64,000 nt of DNA from Planctomycetota bacterium (GCA_016190145.1 JACPRD010000169.1:1445-65444), one strand, 5' to 3'. Shown: positions 9,386 through 19,232, counted from the first letter of the stretch. Program-made: numbers and translations. Notes: a model not told the origin generated them from the letters alone.

Positions 9386-12300
9386 TCAGCGCCCTGCGCT
9401 CCCCGTCAGCCACCGCACGATCCGCCACTCCCGCGGACGCGAGAGGTCGTCGAGGAACGTGTACACGACGGGCACGACGACGAGTGTGAGCAGCGTCGAC
9501 GTGATGAGGCCGCCGATGACCGCGACCGCCATCGGCGCGCGCGACTCGGAGCCGGCGCCGGTGCCGAGGGCGATGGGGAGCATGCCGAAGATCATGGCGA
9601 GCGTCGTCATGAGGATCGGGCGGAGGCGGACGGGGCCGGCGCGCAGAAGAGCCGCTTCCCGCTCCAGCCCGTCGCGCCGGCGGAGCGTGTTGGTGTAGTC
9701 GACGAGGAGGATGCCGTTCTTGGTGACGAGGCCCATGAGCATGATGATGCCGATCATGGTGAAGATGCTCATGGTCATGTTCATGAAGACGAGGGCGCCG
9801 AGGGCGCCGACGAGGGAGAGGGGGATGGAGAGCATGATGGTGAAGGGGTGGAGGAAGGATTCGAACTGGGAGGCGAGGAGCATGTAGACCATGACGACGG
9901 CGAGGAAGAGGGCGAAGAGGAGGTAGCCGAAGGATTCGCGCATGGCGTCGGCGGTGCCTGCGAAGGCGGCGGTGTAACCGGGGGGGAGGCCGGTTTCGCG
10001 GGCGAAGCGTTCGATTTCGACGGTGGCTTCGCCGAGGACTTTGCGGCCGGGCTGGAGGTTGGCGAGGATGGAGATGACGCGGGTGCGGTTGTAGCGGTCG
10101 ATCTGGACCGGGCCGGCCTGGCGGGCGACGGCGGCGACGCTTCGCATCCGGACCGGCTGCGGGCCGGCGCCGCGGACGGTGAGGTCGAGGATGTCTTCGG
10201 GGGACGTGCGGTCCTGTTCGAGGAGGCGGACGGCGACGTCGTAGCGTTCGCCGGCCGCGCGGAACCGGGAGACTTCGTCGCCGCCGACGAGGGCCTTGAC
10301 GGTGGACGCCACGGCCGCGGGGCTGACGCCGAGGTCGGCGGCGCGATCCCGGCGGACGCGGACGGCGACTTCGGGCTTTCCGCGCTCGAACGTGGTGTCG
10401 ACGTCCACGTAGCCGCCGGCCTCGGCCATGCGCTTCTGGATCTTTCCGGCGGCCGATTCGAGCACGGCGAGTTCCTGGCCGCGGAGTTCGAGCTGGACCT
10501 GCGCCGTGCGCATGCCGCCGCCCGACACGCGCGGGACGATTTCGACGCTGACGCGCGCTTCCTTGATGTCTTCGAGGCGTTTCCGCACGCTCTGCATCGC
10601 CTCGGCCTGCGAGATCGCCCGGGTGCCCTTGTCCGTCATGCGGACGTAGATCGCGCCTTCGTTCACGCGCGCGAGCGCGTCGGTGCCGATGGTGGTGAAC
10701 GTGTACCGGATCCACGGCTCGCCGCGGAGGCGTTCGCGGATGCGGTCGAGGACCTCCTCGGTCGTCTTGAGCGACGAGCCGAGCGGCGCCTTTACGCGGA
10801 TATTCATCTCGCTCTGGTCCTCCAGCGGGATGAATTCGGAGCGGAGGAAGCGGCCGATCCAGCCGGCGCCGGCGAAGGTTCCGGCGGCGAGGAGGACGAC
10901 GATCCACCGGGAGTGGAGGGCGCCGCGCAGGAGGGACTCGTAGGCGCGCTCCAGGGCGCTGAAGGCGGATTCGAGGGTGCGGAAGAGGAGGTTCTTGCGC
11001 GGGAGGACGAGGATGCGGGAGGAGAGCATGGGGTCGAGCGTGAAGGAGACGAGGAGGGAGACGAGCACGGCGAACGTGACGGTGAGGCCGAACTGATAGA
11101 AGAACCGCCCGACGATGCCCTTCATGAAGGCGACGGGCACGAACACGGCGACGACGGACAGCGTGGTGGCGAGGACGGCGAGGGCGATTTCATTGGTGGC
11201 GAAGGAAGCGGCCTCGCGCCTCGACTTGCCCGCCTCGAGGTGCCGCATGGTGTTTTCCTGGACGACGATGGAGTCGTCGATGAGGAGGCCGATGGCGAGG
11301 GAGAGGGCGAGGAGCGTCATCATGTTCTGCGTGAAGCCGAGGGCGTTCATGAGGATGAACGCGCCGGTCACGGAGGTGGGGATGACGAGGGCGCTGATGA
11401 ACGTGCTGCGGACGTTGCGGAGAAAGAGGAACACGATGAGGACGGCGAGCCCGCCTCCGAAGACGAGGTGGAACCGGACTTCGGCGACGGAGTGCTCGAT
11501 GAACGTGGAGAGATCCTGCGCGACTTCGAGCCGGAGGCCGCGCGGGGCGAGCTCGCGCCGGAGCGACTCGATCTGGGCCTTGACGGCCCCGGCGACCTCG
11601 ACGGTGTTGGTGCCGGACTGGCGGCGGACGAGGAGGGAGACGGCGCGCGTGTCGTTGAGGCGCGCGAGGCTGCGTTCCTCCTCGAGCCCGTCGGCGGCCT
11701 TTCCGACCTGCCGGATTCGCACGGGCGCGCCGCCGCGCCAGGCGACGATCATGTCCTCGAATTCGGCCGCGGAGGCCATCTCGGCTTTCGTCTTCACCAC
11801 GTACTCCATCGCGCCGCTTTCGATGCGTCCGCCGGGGAGCTCGACGTGGGCCGCCTTCACCGCGGCTTCGACGTCCTGCACCGTCAGCGAGAATCCCTCG
11901 AGCTTGTCGCGGTTCAGCCAGATCCACATCCGGCGGCGCCGGCCGCCCACGAGGCGCACCTGGCCGACGTTTTTCACGCGCTGCAGGCGTTCCTTGATCG
12001 TGTTCTCCGCGAGATCCGTCAGCTCCCGGATCCCCATATCGCCCGAGACGACGACGGCGAGGATCGGCGCGGAGTCGATGTCGAACTTCTCGACCACCGG
12101 GTCATCGAGATCCTGCGGCAGCTCGCGCCGCACCGTGCCCAGCTTCGCCTGCACCTCCTGGTAGGCGACGTCCACGTCCTTCTCCAGCTCGAACTCGATG
12201 ACGACCTGCGACACCCCCTCCGTGCTCGTCGAGCGCAGGTGCTTGATGCCGGAGATTGTCGCCACCGCCTCCTCGATCGGATCCGTCACCGTGGTCTCGA

Positions 12301-12475
12301 TCGTCTCGGGATCCGCGCCCGGAAGCACGGACAGGATGGTGATGACCGGAAACTCGACGCGGGGAAAGAGGTCGATCCCCGTCTCGCGGAACGAGATCAC
12401 GCCGAAGACGACGATCGCGCCGATCGCCATCGTCGTCAGCACGGGCCTGCGGATCGCCGTGTCCGAGAGAATCAT
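9386..12475 (-). CDS. Efflux RND transporter permease subunit (AcrB/CzcA superfamily)
   Basis: MILSDTAIRRPVLTTMAIGAIVVFGVISF...FPRVEFPVITI, about 1030 aa with 12-TM architecture. ATG at 12475 overlaps the MFP stop (ATGA). Confidence 0.9.
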   Translation of the reverse strand: MILSDTAIRRPVLTTMAIGAIVVFGVISFRETGIDLFPRVEFPVITILSVLPGADPETIETTVTDPIEEAVATISGIKHLRSTSTEGVSQVVIEFELEKDVDVAYQEVQAKLGTVRRELPQDLDDPVVEKFDIDSAPILAVVVSGDMGIRELTDLAENTIKERLQRVKNVGQVRLVGGRRRRMWIWLNRDKLEGFSLTVQDVEAAVKAAHVELPGGRIESGAMEYVVKTKAEMASAAEFEDMIVAWRGGAPVRIRQVGKAADGLEEERSLARLNDTRAVSLLVRRQSGTNTVEVAGAVKAQIESLRRELAPRGLRLEVAQDLSTFIEHSVAEVRFHLVFGGGLAVLIVFLFLRNVRSTFISALVIPTSVTGAFILMNALGFTQNMMTLLALSLAIGLLIDDSIVVQENTMRHLEAGKSRREAASFATNEIALAVLATTLSVVAVFVPVAFMKGIVGRFFYQFGLTVTFAVLVSLLVSFTLDPMLSSRILVLPRKNLLFRTLESAFSALERAYESLLRGALHSRWIVVLLAAGTFAGAGWIGRFLRSEFIPLEDQSEMNIRVKAPLGSSLKTTEEVLDRIRERLRGEPWIRYTFTTIGTDALARVNEGAIYVRMTDKGTRAISQAEAMQSVRKRLEDIKEARVSVEIVPRVSGGGMRTAQVQLELRGQELAVLESAAGKIQKRMAEAGGYVDVDTTFERGKPEVAVRVRRDRAADLGVSPAAVASTVKALVGGDEVSRFRAAGERYDVAVRLLEQDRTSPEDILDLTVRGAGPQPVRMRSVAAVARQAGPVQIDRYNRTRVISILANLQPGRKVLGEATVEIERFARETGLPPGYTAAFAGTADAMRESFGYLLFALFLAVVMVYMLLASQFESFLHPFTIMLSIPLSLVGALGALVFMNMTMSIFTMIGIIMLMGLVTKNGILLVDYTNTLRRRDGLEREAALLRAGPVRLRPILMTTLAMIFGMLPIALGTGAGSESRAPMAVAVIGGLITSTLLTLVVVPVVYTFLDDLSRPREWRIVRWLTGSAGR

Positions 12476-13551
12476 CGGGCGGGCCCCGGAACCAGCACGG
12501 AATCCCCTTCCGCGATCCCCTCCACGATCTCCACCCCCTCCGGACCCGACAGGCCGATCTTCACCGCGCGCGTCTCCGGCCCGGTGGCTCCGCGCGCGAC
12601 GGCGGTCCAGCCCTCGACCGTCTCCCTCAGCGCTTCCCTCGGCACCACGAGCGCCGCCTCCGCCGTGCGCTCGACCACGCGCACGCGCACGTGCAGCCCC
12701 GGGTGGAACCGGCCGGCGGCGTTCTCGACCGTCGCGCGGCACCAGAAAGAACGCGTCTCGCGGTCCATCGCCGGCCGGACGCTGTCGACGACGCCGGCGA
12801 CGACGACGTCCGGCACCCCGTCCGCCTCGAACTCGAGTGAAGTGCCCTTCTTCACCTGCGGGAGGAGCTCCTGGGGAAGCGGGAATTCGAGCTCAAGCGT
12901 GGCGACGTCCTGGATTTCGAGGAGGTGCGAGATCGGGGTCGAGGTGACGGACTCCCCCGGGTCCACGAACCGGGCGGAGACGACGCCGTCCCAGGGCGCC
13001 TTCACCACGGTCTGGCGAAGCTTTTCCTCCGCCTCCGCCAGCCCCGCCGCCGCCTGCGCTTTCCGGGCCGCGGCGGAGTCCGCGCGCGCCTGCGCGTCGT
13101 CGAGCAGTTTCCTCGGTATCGAAGGCTCCTGCCCCTCCGGCTTCTCCCAGAGGTTCTTCATGCGCGTCAGGTTGAGTTGCGCCTGGTCGACCTCCGTCTG
13201 CGCGGCGTCGACGTCGGCGTGCTTGCGCGCCACTTCGATCCGGAACAGCTCCGGATCGAGCTTCACGAGATCCTGTTTCTCGTGCACGACGTCGCCGACG
13301 TCGGCCAGCACTTCCAGCACTTTCCCGGAAACCTGCGGCCCGAGCCGGACCATCCGCCGCGCAGCCAGGCTACCCGAGGCGCGCGCGAACTGCCGGACCG
13401 TCGCGCGGCGCACGGGGACCCAGGTCCCCTCGGGTGCGGCGGCAGGAGTTTCGGCGGGGGTCGCGCCCGCGGCAGGCCCGTCGCCGGTGCGGCCGCAGCC
13501 CGTCGCGAGGGAAGCGGCGGCGGCGAGGGCGACGGCGGCGAAACGCGACAT
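12472..13551 (-). CDS. Efflux RND periplasmic adaptor (membrane fusion protein), lipoprotein
   Basis: Lipobox LATGC. HlyD/AcrA-like coiled-coil and beta-barrel regions. Stop overlaps RND start. Confidence 0.85.
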   Translation of the reverse strand: MSRFAAVALAAAASLATGCGRTGDGPAAGATPAETPAAAPEGTWVPVRRATVRQFARASGSLAARRMVRLGPQVSGKVLEVLADVGDVVHEKQDLVKLDPELFRIEVARKHADVDAAQTEVDQAQLNLTRMKNLWEKPEGQEPSIPRKLLDDAQARADSAAARKAQAAAGLAEAEEKLRQTVVKAPWDGVVSARFVDPGESVTSTPISHLLEIQDVATLELEFPLPQELLPQVKKGTSLEFEADGVPDVVVAGVVDSVRPAMDRETRSFWCRATVENAAGRFHPGLHVRVRVVERTAEAALVVPREALRETVEGWTAVARGATGPETRAVKIGLSGPEGVEIVEGIAEGDSVLVPGPAR

Positions 13552-13566
13552 TCCGTTCTCCTCGAT

Positions 13567-14946
13567 CTACCGGGATTCGGGCGGCTCGCCGACCGCGCAC
13601 GAGAGCCGCGCCCGCGCGGCCTGCGCGTCGTACCGCGCCCGCGCCAGCGCGGTGCGCGACCGGCTCAGCCGGTCCTCCTCGGCGAGCACGTCGGCGCTCG
13701 TCAGGAGCCCTTCCGCGTACTGGTCGCGGATCACACGCAGGTTTTCCTCCGCCAGCTCGATTCCCCGCCGCGCCAGCGGCAGCCGGGACTGCGCTTCCTC
13801 AAACTCCAGCCACGCCTGCTTCACCTGCAGGAGCGCTTCGTCCACGGCCTCGTCGTGGAAGTCGATCACCTCGGCGATTTCGCGTTCGCGCCGGGCGGTT
13901 CGGAATTCCGTGGCGAGGCCGTCGAAGAGGGGGACGGTGAGGACGGCGCCGGCCTGGAGCCAGTCTTTGTTCAGGAGCGTGTCGTCGGTGGAGTAGAGGT
14001 AGTCCGCCGTGGCGTAGAGCGAGGGCAGGTGCCCGCGGCTGGAGGAGCGCCAGTCGTCGCGGGCGGCTTTTATGCGGAAGCGGGCGGCGGCGAGGTCGGG
14101 GCGGCGGGCGAGGGCGAGGGCGAGGGCTTCGGGGTAACCGCCGTCCCAGGGCGCGGCGTCGCCGGCCTCGGCGAGTTCGGTCATGCGGTCCTGGTCCTCG
14201 CCGATGAGGCGGTTCAGGACGGCGAGGGCGAGGGCAGAGTTGTTCCGCGCGCGGGCGAGGTCCTGGCGGCGTTCCGCGAGCTGGACTTCCGTGGTCAGCA
14301 CGTCTGAGCGCGCGACGAGGCCCTGCGAGAGAAAGTCGCGGGCGATCGCCGCCTGCCGCTCCACGAGCCGGATGGACTCCTCGACGACGTCGACGATGCG
14401 CCGCGCCTCGAGCACGCGGAAATACGCCTGGCTGGCGGCGAGCGCGATTTCCTGCCGCGCGCGGTCGCGTTCCTGACGCGCTGCGTCAATCCGGTCCGTG
14501 TCGGCGTCGCGGGCGGCGCCCGACTGCCCGAAGTCGTAGATCGGAACCAGGAGCGACGCCTTCGCGGTGCCGGAGTCGCGCTCCCCGGCGACGAAGGCCT
14601 GGCCGCCGAGGAGCGACCCGCGATCGTTGTTCCGCCAGTCGTACCGTCCTTCCAGCGTGACCTTCGGCAGAATCTTCGCGATGTCCTCCCGGTAGCGGTC
14701 CTCTGCCAGGAGGATCCGCCGTTCGGCGATCCAGCCGCGCCGGTTCCGGGCAAGCGCGCGCTCGATGCAGGCGCTGAGTGTGAGCGGCCCCGCGGGCAGC
14801 TCCGGCGCGGCGGCCTGTGAAACGCGGGTTGCGTCGCGCGACGCCGCATCACCGCCCGCGGAAACGGGACGGTATTCCGCGCGATCCGAGTAGGGCGCCG
14901 AGCATCCCGCCGCCGCCATCAGCAACACCGTCGACAGCCGCCGCAT
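13567..14946 (-). CDS. Efflux outer-membrane factor lipoprotein (TolC/NodT family)
   Basis: ORF 13567..15516 trimmed to Met191 (MRRLSTVLLMAAAGCSAPY lipobox). SD GGGAGGGG. TolC-like repeated helical domains. ATG at 14946 lies 3 nt after the TetR stop. Confidence 0.8.
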   Translation of the reverse strand: MRRLSTVLLMAAAGCSAPYSDRAEYRPVSAGGDAASRDATRVSQAAAPELPAGPLTLSACIERALARNRRGWIAERRILLAEDRYREDIAKILPKVTLEGRYDWRNNDRGSLLGGQAFVAGERDSGTAKASLLVPIYDFGQSGAARDADTDRIDAARQERDRARQEIALAASQAYFRVLEARRIVDVVEESIRLVERQAAIARDFLSQGLVARSDVLTTEVQLAERRQDLARARNNSALALAVLNRLIGEDQDRMTELAEAGDAAPWDGGYPEALALALARRPDLAAARFRIKAARDDWRSSSRGHLPSLYATADYLYSTDDTLLNKDWLQAGAVLTVPLFDGLATEFRTARREREIAEVIDFHDEAVDEALLQVKQAWLEFEEAQSRLPLARRGIELAEENLRVIRDQYAEGLLTSADVLAEEDRLSRSRTALARARYDAQAARARLSCAVGEPPESR

Positions 14947-14948
14947 CG

Positions 14949-15578
14949 TCAACCCCTCCCCGCAAGTATGCCGCGGAAGAACACGTCGAGGATGTCCTCC
15001 AGCTGCCCCTTCACAGACCTCCGCCGCCCCGAGAGATGATTCGCGAAAATCGTCCCGTACACGAGATCGCCCGCGACGTTCATGATCCGCTCCACCGGCA
15101 TCCGCCGGATCACGCGGCGGCGGACGAGCTCCCGGAAGAGCTTCCGCCAGGGGCCTTTTTTCGCGTACTTCGGATCGAAGTAGCTCGACGGCCGCCTGCC
15201 GCGGAACTCCGCGCGCTCCTGGATCAGCAGCTCGACGACCCACGGATACTCGTCGAAAAACTCGAGGTACGTCCGGATCGCCTCCCTCAGGATCCCGACC
15301 CCGGTCTTCCCCTCGATCCGCGCCGCCTGGATCCGGCCGCCCAGCAGCCTCATCCCCCGGTCCACCGCCGCCAGGAACAGCGCCTCCTTGGTCGGGAAGT
15401 AGCGGTACACCGTCCCCTTTCCGACCCCGAGCCGGTCCGCCACCTTCTGCAGGTCCGTCCCCGGAAACCCGCGCGCCGCGAACAAGCGGCTCGCCTCGGC
15501 GAGGATCTCTTCGCACCGCCTCCCCGGAAGCGAGACGTCTTTCGGCCGGCCGGCTCCGCGGCGGACGCGCACGGTCAT
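14949..15578 (-). CDS. TetR/AcrR family transcriptional regulator
   Basis: HTH ...ILAEASRLFAARGFPGTDLQKVADRLGVGKGTVYRYFPTKEALF. First gene of the tetR-OMF-MFP-RND operon. Confidence 0.85.
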   Translation of the reverse strand: MTVRVRRGAGRPKDVSLPGRRCEEILAEASRLFAARGFPGTDLQKVADRLGVGKGTVYRYFPTKEALFLAAVDRGMRLLGGRIQAARIEGKTGVGILREAIRTYLEFFDEYPWVVELLIQERAEFRGRRPSSYFDPKYAKKGPWRKLFRELVRRRVIRRMPVERIMNVAGDLVYGTIFANHLSGRRRSVKGQLEDILDVFFRGILAGRG

Positions 15579-15600
15579 GTCGTTGTCCCCGGAATTAAAT

Positions 15601-15616
15601 GACGGACGCGTCCGTC
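15601..15616. promoter_or_regulatory. Perfect 16-bp palindrome GACGGACGCGTCCGTC, candidate TetR operator
   Basis: Located 23 bp upstream of the tetR start codon (15578) in the divergent intergenic region. Confidence 0.4.
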
Positions 15617-15870
15617 CGTATATCTCGCCGCAGGACTCGGTGTCAACCGGAATTCGCGCGGGGCCGCACCCGCGACATTGGAAACTTCTTTCCCCAGCAG
15701 GGCATCCTTGAGCAACCGCCGTCCGGCGGGATCCTCCGCGGACCTACGCTGGAGAAATGCCGGGATTCTTCCGACTCTCGATGAATTCCAAAAATTCTCC
15801 GAATTTGCGAATGAGGCCGGATCCCGCTTACCATAGACTGGAACGGCGCGTCATTCGGGAGGGTTATTCG

Positions 15871-16995
15871 ATGGCGAAGTGGGGACTGTCGGGCTTTCTC
15901 GCCGGGGGGGTGCTGAGCGCGGTTCTGTTCTGGGCGCTCGCCGGCCGCCGGATGGCGCAGGAGGCGGAGGCCGCGCGGACGGCCGCTTCGACCGCGGCGG
16001 CCGCTGCGGCGGCGGACCTCGCGGCGGCGGAGAAGGCCGGCGCGGACGCGCGGGCGGAGCGCGACCGGGCGCGCGAAGAAGCCGGGACGTTTCAGAAGGA
16101 GAACGAGGCGCTCAAGGCGGAAGCGGCCGAAGCAAATCCCGGCGCCGGCACGGTCGCGGGAGGCAATGCCGGCAACCGGCAGCCCCCGCCGCGGCGGGCC
16201 TGGAAAGACCTCGCGGCGGAATTCAACCGGCTGAAGGACAAGCTGCGCGGAAAGACGTGGGACCAGTGGCCGCCGGAAGCGGAGCAATTGAAGAAAGACC
16301 TGTTCGCGCTGTTCAACGACCTGGCGCGGGAGCGGGGCATGAGCATCGAGGAGATCCTCGCGATGCCGGGCGGGATGGAGTCGCTGATGCTCGAGCTGCT
16401 GGCGCAGTCGGTGCCGCCGCTCGACGCCGCGACGGAGGCGCAGCTGCGCGACGTGCTGGCGGCGCAGGAGAAGGCGTGGGCGCAGTTCCTGGAGTCGCGC
16501 GAGGACCTGACGCGTCTCGAGCAGATGCAGAAGTTCATCGAGCTCGCGGGCGCCTCGCGCGCGGAATTCGTCAAGGCGCTGACGCCGGAACAGCAGGCGC
16601 TTCTCAAGGGCTTCCCCGTCTTCGACCAGGACATGCAGGGCTCGCAGTCGTGGGTCGACGGTCCGCGCGCGAAAGTGACGGCGTCGATCACGGACCAGTG
16701 GAGCACGTCGCTCGGGCTGGACGAGGGCCAGACCGCGGCGCTCAAGCCCATCGTCGAAGAGTACATCACGCTTCAGCGCGACCTGAACGACTCGATCTGG
16801 GACCGCCGGCGCGCGGGCGAGGATCTGTCGCGGCAGGCGGACTACGTGATGCGCCTGCAGCTGATGATCGACACGCAGAAGAAGATCAACGACACGCTGC
16901 GGCTGACGGAAGACCAGCAGAAGGCGCTGCGCGACTGGCAGTTCACGTGGGGGGCCAACGTGACGGACGAGATGGGGGCGCCGGAGGCGAAGTAG
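15871..16995 (+). CDS. Membrane-anchored coiled-coil protein (hypothetical)
   Basis: ORF 15757..16995 trimmed to Met39 (MAKWGLSGFLAGGVLSAVLFWALAG TM). SD GGGAGGG. Ala/Glu-rich coiled coil. Confidence 0.55.
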   Translation: MAKWGLSGFLAGGVLSAVLFWALAGRRMAQEAEAARTAASTAAAAAAADLAAAEKAGADARAERDRAREEAGTFQKENEALKAEAAEANPGAGTVAGGNAGNRQPPPRRAWKDLAAEFNRLKDKLRGKTWDQWPPEAEQLKKDLFALFNDLARERGMSIEEILAMPGGMESLMLELLAQSVPPLDAATEAQLRDVLAAQEKAWAQFLESREDLTRLEQMQKFIELAGASRAEFVKALTPEQQALLKGFPVFDQDMQGSQSWVDGPRAKVTASITDQWSTSLGLDEGQTAALKPIVEEYITLQRDLNDSIWDRRRAGEDLSRQADYVMRLQLMIDTQKKINDTLRLTEDQQKALRDWQFTWGANVTDEMGAPEAK

Positions 16996-16996
16996 G

Positions 16997-17410
16997 CTAC
17001 TCGAGCGTCGTGACGTCGAGCTGCGTCACCTTCCACGCCTTGTCGATGAGCGTCACGGTGATCTCGTGCTTGTAGCGTTTCTTGACGGGCCCGTTGGGTC
17101 CCCCCGTGTAATTCGCGGTGACGAACGCGCGGAACTGGATCGACGAACCGGAGATGAATTCGCGCTTGCGGTCGAACTGGACCGAGCCGAGCGTGCCCCG
17201 ATCTTCGGAGACTTCCTTCTCGGCCTTCGGCGCCCAGCCCCAGGCGGTGGACCCGGCCGTCATGGCGCGGGCTTCGGTGAATTTTTTCCGGAAGAGGGCG
17301 TCGGCGAAGTCGGTGTAGGCGCGCCAGGCTTCCTCCACGGAGGGGTCGACCTTGGCCGCGCAACTGCACAGGGGAAGTGTGGCGAGGGAGAGGAGGAGGA
17401 GGCGTTTCAT
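16997..17410 (-). CDS. Small lipoprotein (hypothetical)
   Basis: ORF 16997..17674 trimmed to Met89 (MKRLLLLSLATLPLCSCAAK lipobox), 137 aa. Confidence 0.5.
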   Translation of the reverse strand: MKRLLLLSLATLPLCSCAAKVDPSVEEAWRAYTDFADALFRKKFTEARAMTAGSTAWGWAPKAEKEVSEDRGTLGSVQFDRKREFISGSSIQFRAFVTANYTGGPNGPVKKRYKHEITVTLIDKAWKVTQLDVTTLE

Positions 17411-17465
17411 TTCCGGGATTGTACGAAGGGAGCAGCGGAAATGCTCGTGGTTGTAGCGGCCAAGG

Positions 17466-17605
17466 GGAAAGCGCGAATGCCCAAGGACCGAGTGAAGGCT
17501 CAAGGACAAAGATCCATGCCCAAGTCGCAGATCGCGGTCAGCCCGGGTTGCATGTTGGAATTCTCCTCTTGTGTGTTTTCCCGGCCCTTGGGCATTCGCG
17601 CTTCC
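17466..17605. repeat. Inverted repeat (21-bp arms ggaaagcgcgaatgcccaagg / ccttgggcattcgcgcttcc) flanking ~98 bp, followed by a G/C hairpin ctcccccc...gggggggag
   Basis: Arms at 17466-17486 and 17585-17605 (1 mismatch). Arm sequence recurs at 28569-28590. Confidence 0.6.
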
Positions 17606-17702
17606 TCCCCCCGCATCTGTTAGCGCAGGGGGGGGAGCCCGCCAATCCGGGAATCCCGATGTATCAGCGTGCAACTGACGAATTTGTCGACATCACAACT
17701 TA

Positions 17703-17731
17703 TTGACAATCGATAAGTTACATTTTATAAG
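17703..17731 (+). promoter_or_regulatory. Near-consensus sigma70-type promoter (TTGACA-N17-TATAAG) in a local AT-rich island
   Basis: -35 TTGACA at 17703-17708, 17-nt spacer, -10 TATAAG at 17726-17731. SD AAGGAAG at ~17750. ATG at 17762. Embedded short inverted repeats (CTTAT...ATAAG, GTTAC...GTAAC). Confidence 0.5.
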
Positions 17732-17761
17732 TAACAACTCGCTTATTTTAAGGAAGCTACC

Positions 17762-18622
17762 ATGTGCTGCCGAAACCACACCGCAAACCGCTCACACACA
17801 ACCCACCACCTCCTCCTCGCCCTGGCCCTCGCCATCATCCTCTCCCTCGTCCTCCGCGCCCACGGCGTCTCCCTCTGGTATGCCCCCGCGGCCGTCGTCG
17901 CCGCCCACGCCGCCGCGTTCGCTGCCCTCGCCGCCTTCGTCGCGTGGATCACCCGCGGCCACCGCCACGCGCCCGGCTCAACGGAAACCGCCCAGCCGGG
18001 AATCCTCATCCACCGCCCGCATTTCTACGACCTGATGGCCCGCTTCCTCCTCCTCGGCCGCGAAAAATCCTTCCGGCACCGCACCCTCGATCTCGCAAAC
18101 CTGCGGCCGGGCGAAACCGTGCTCGACATCGGCTGCGGCACCGGCACGCTTCTCCTCGCCGCCTCGGAACGCGTCGGACCCTCGGGCACGCTGCACGGCC
18201 TCGAACCCTCCGCGGAAATGGCCGCCCACGCGCGCCGGAAAGCCGCCGCCGCCGGCACCGCGCTCCACGTTTCGGAAGGCTCCGCCGACCGCCTCCCCTA
18301 CCCCGACGCTTCCTTCGACGCCGCCTTCTGCACCATGGTCCTCCACCACGTTCCGGCGGAGAACCACGCCGCGGCCCTGCGCGAAATGCGCCGCGTGCTG
18401 AAACCCGGCGGCCGCCTCGTCATCGTCGAAATGCGCCGCCCCCGCTCGATCCGCGCGGCCCTCTCCCTGTTCAACCTGCTCCACGGCTTCGCTTCCCACG
18501 CGTACCCCGCCGACCCCGCCATGCTGGAACCCGCCGTGCGCGACCTCGGATTCGAGCAGGTCGCGCTTCCCGCCCTCGGCTTCTCCCTCGGCGCGCTCAC
18601 GGCGCTCAAGGGGACGGCGTGA
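17762..18622 (+). CDS. Class I SAM-dependent methyltransferase (Methyltransf_11/UbiE-like) with N-terminal TM segment
   Basis: VLDIGCGTGTLL...LHGLEPSAEM...ASFDAAFCTMVLHHV...LKPGGRLVIVE. Stop overlaps next start (TGATG). Confidence 0.8.
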   Translation: MCCRNHTANRSHTTHHLLLALALAIILSLVLRAHGVSLWYAPAAVVAAHAAAFAALAAFVAWITRGHRHAPGSTETAQPGILIHRPHFYDLMARFLLLGREKSFRHRTLDLANLRPGETVLDIGCGTGTLLLAASERVGPSGTLHGLEPSAEMAAHARRKAAAAGTALHVSEGSADRLPYPDASFDAAFCTMVLHHVPAENHAAALREMRRVLKPGGRLVIVEMRRPRSIRAALSLFNLLHGFASHAYPADPAMLEPAVRDLGFEQVALPALGFSLGALTALKGTA

Positions 18623-19212
18623 TGGGCCGACGGAAAACCGTCTCCGATGCGGACCTGCTCGCGACGGCTCGCGAAGCGTTCGTGAAGCTGGGAAACGCCG
18701 CCTCGACGCGCGACATCGCGCGCCGCGCCGGCGTCTCGGAGTCCGTTCTCTTCCAGCGCTTCTCCTCCAAGGCCGAACTCTTCTTCGCCGCCATGGTGCC
18801 GCCGGCGATCGACGTCGAAGCCCTGCTCGCGGCCCCCCGCGACACGGGTGCGCGCGAGCGCCTCGAGGAGATCGCCCTTCGGCTGATGGCGTACTTCCGC
18901 ACGCTCGTCACCGTCCTCCTCCCCGCCGCCATGCACCCGTCGTTCCATTTCGAAGAATTCGCCCACCGCCACCCCGACAATCCTCTTCCCCGCCTCCGCG
19001 ACGGCCTCACGCGCTACTTCGCCGCGGAACGCGATCGCGGCGCGATCGTGACGGAGAATCCGGGCGCCGCCGCGCTCACCCTGTTCGCCGCCCTCCACAG
19101 CCTCGCCTTCTTCGAGCGCCTGGGCGCGCACGGGGGAGAGTTCGGGGAAGCGGCGGTGCGGGGCATCGTGGACTGCCTCTGGGCGGGGCTGGGGCCGCGC
19201 GTCGGAATCTGA
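18622..19212 (+). CDS. TetR family transcriptional regulator
   Basis: MGRRKTVSDADLLATAREAFVKLGNAASTRDIARRAGVSESVLFQRFSSKAELF. Co-transcribed with the methyltransferase. Confidence 0.8.
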   Translation: MGRRKTVSDADLLATAREAFVKLGNAASTRDIARRAGVSESVLFQRFSSKAELFFAAMVPPAIDVEALLAAPRDTGARERLEEIALRLMAYFRTLVTVLLPAAMHPSFHFEEFAHRHPDNPLPRLRDGLTRYFAAERDRGAIVTENPGAAALTLFAALHSLAFFERLGAHGGEFGEAAVRGIVDCLWAGLGPRVGI

Positions 19213-19232
19213 GAGCGCGAGAAGAATTCGAT

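Noticed and set aside
9236-13996. 1586-aa ORF on the plus strand
   Set aside because: Antisense to the RND permease and MFP genes. Translation is low-complexity Arg/Gly/Asp/Glu/Ala with no domains. Typical GC-rich antisense artefact.
17441-17623. 60-codon ORF through the 17466/17585 inverted repeat
   Set aside because: Has an SD, but its sequence is dominated by the palindromic arms. More likely non-coding structure. Mentioned only as a possibility.
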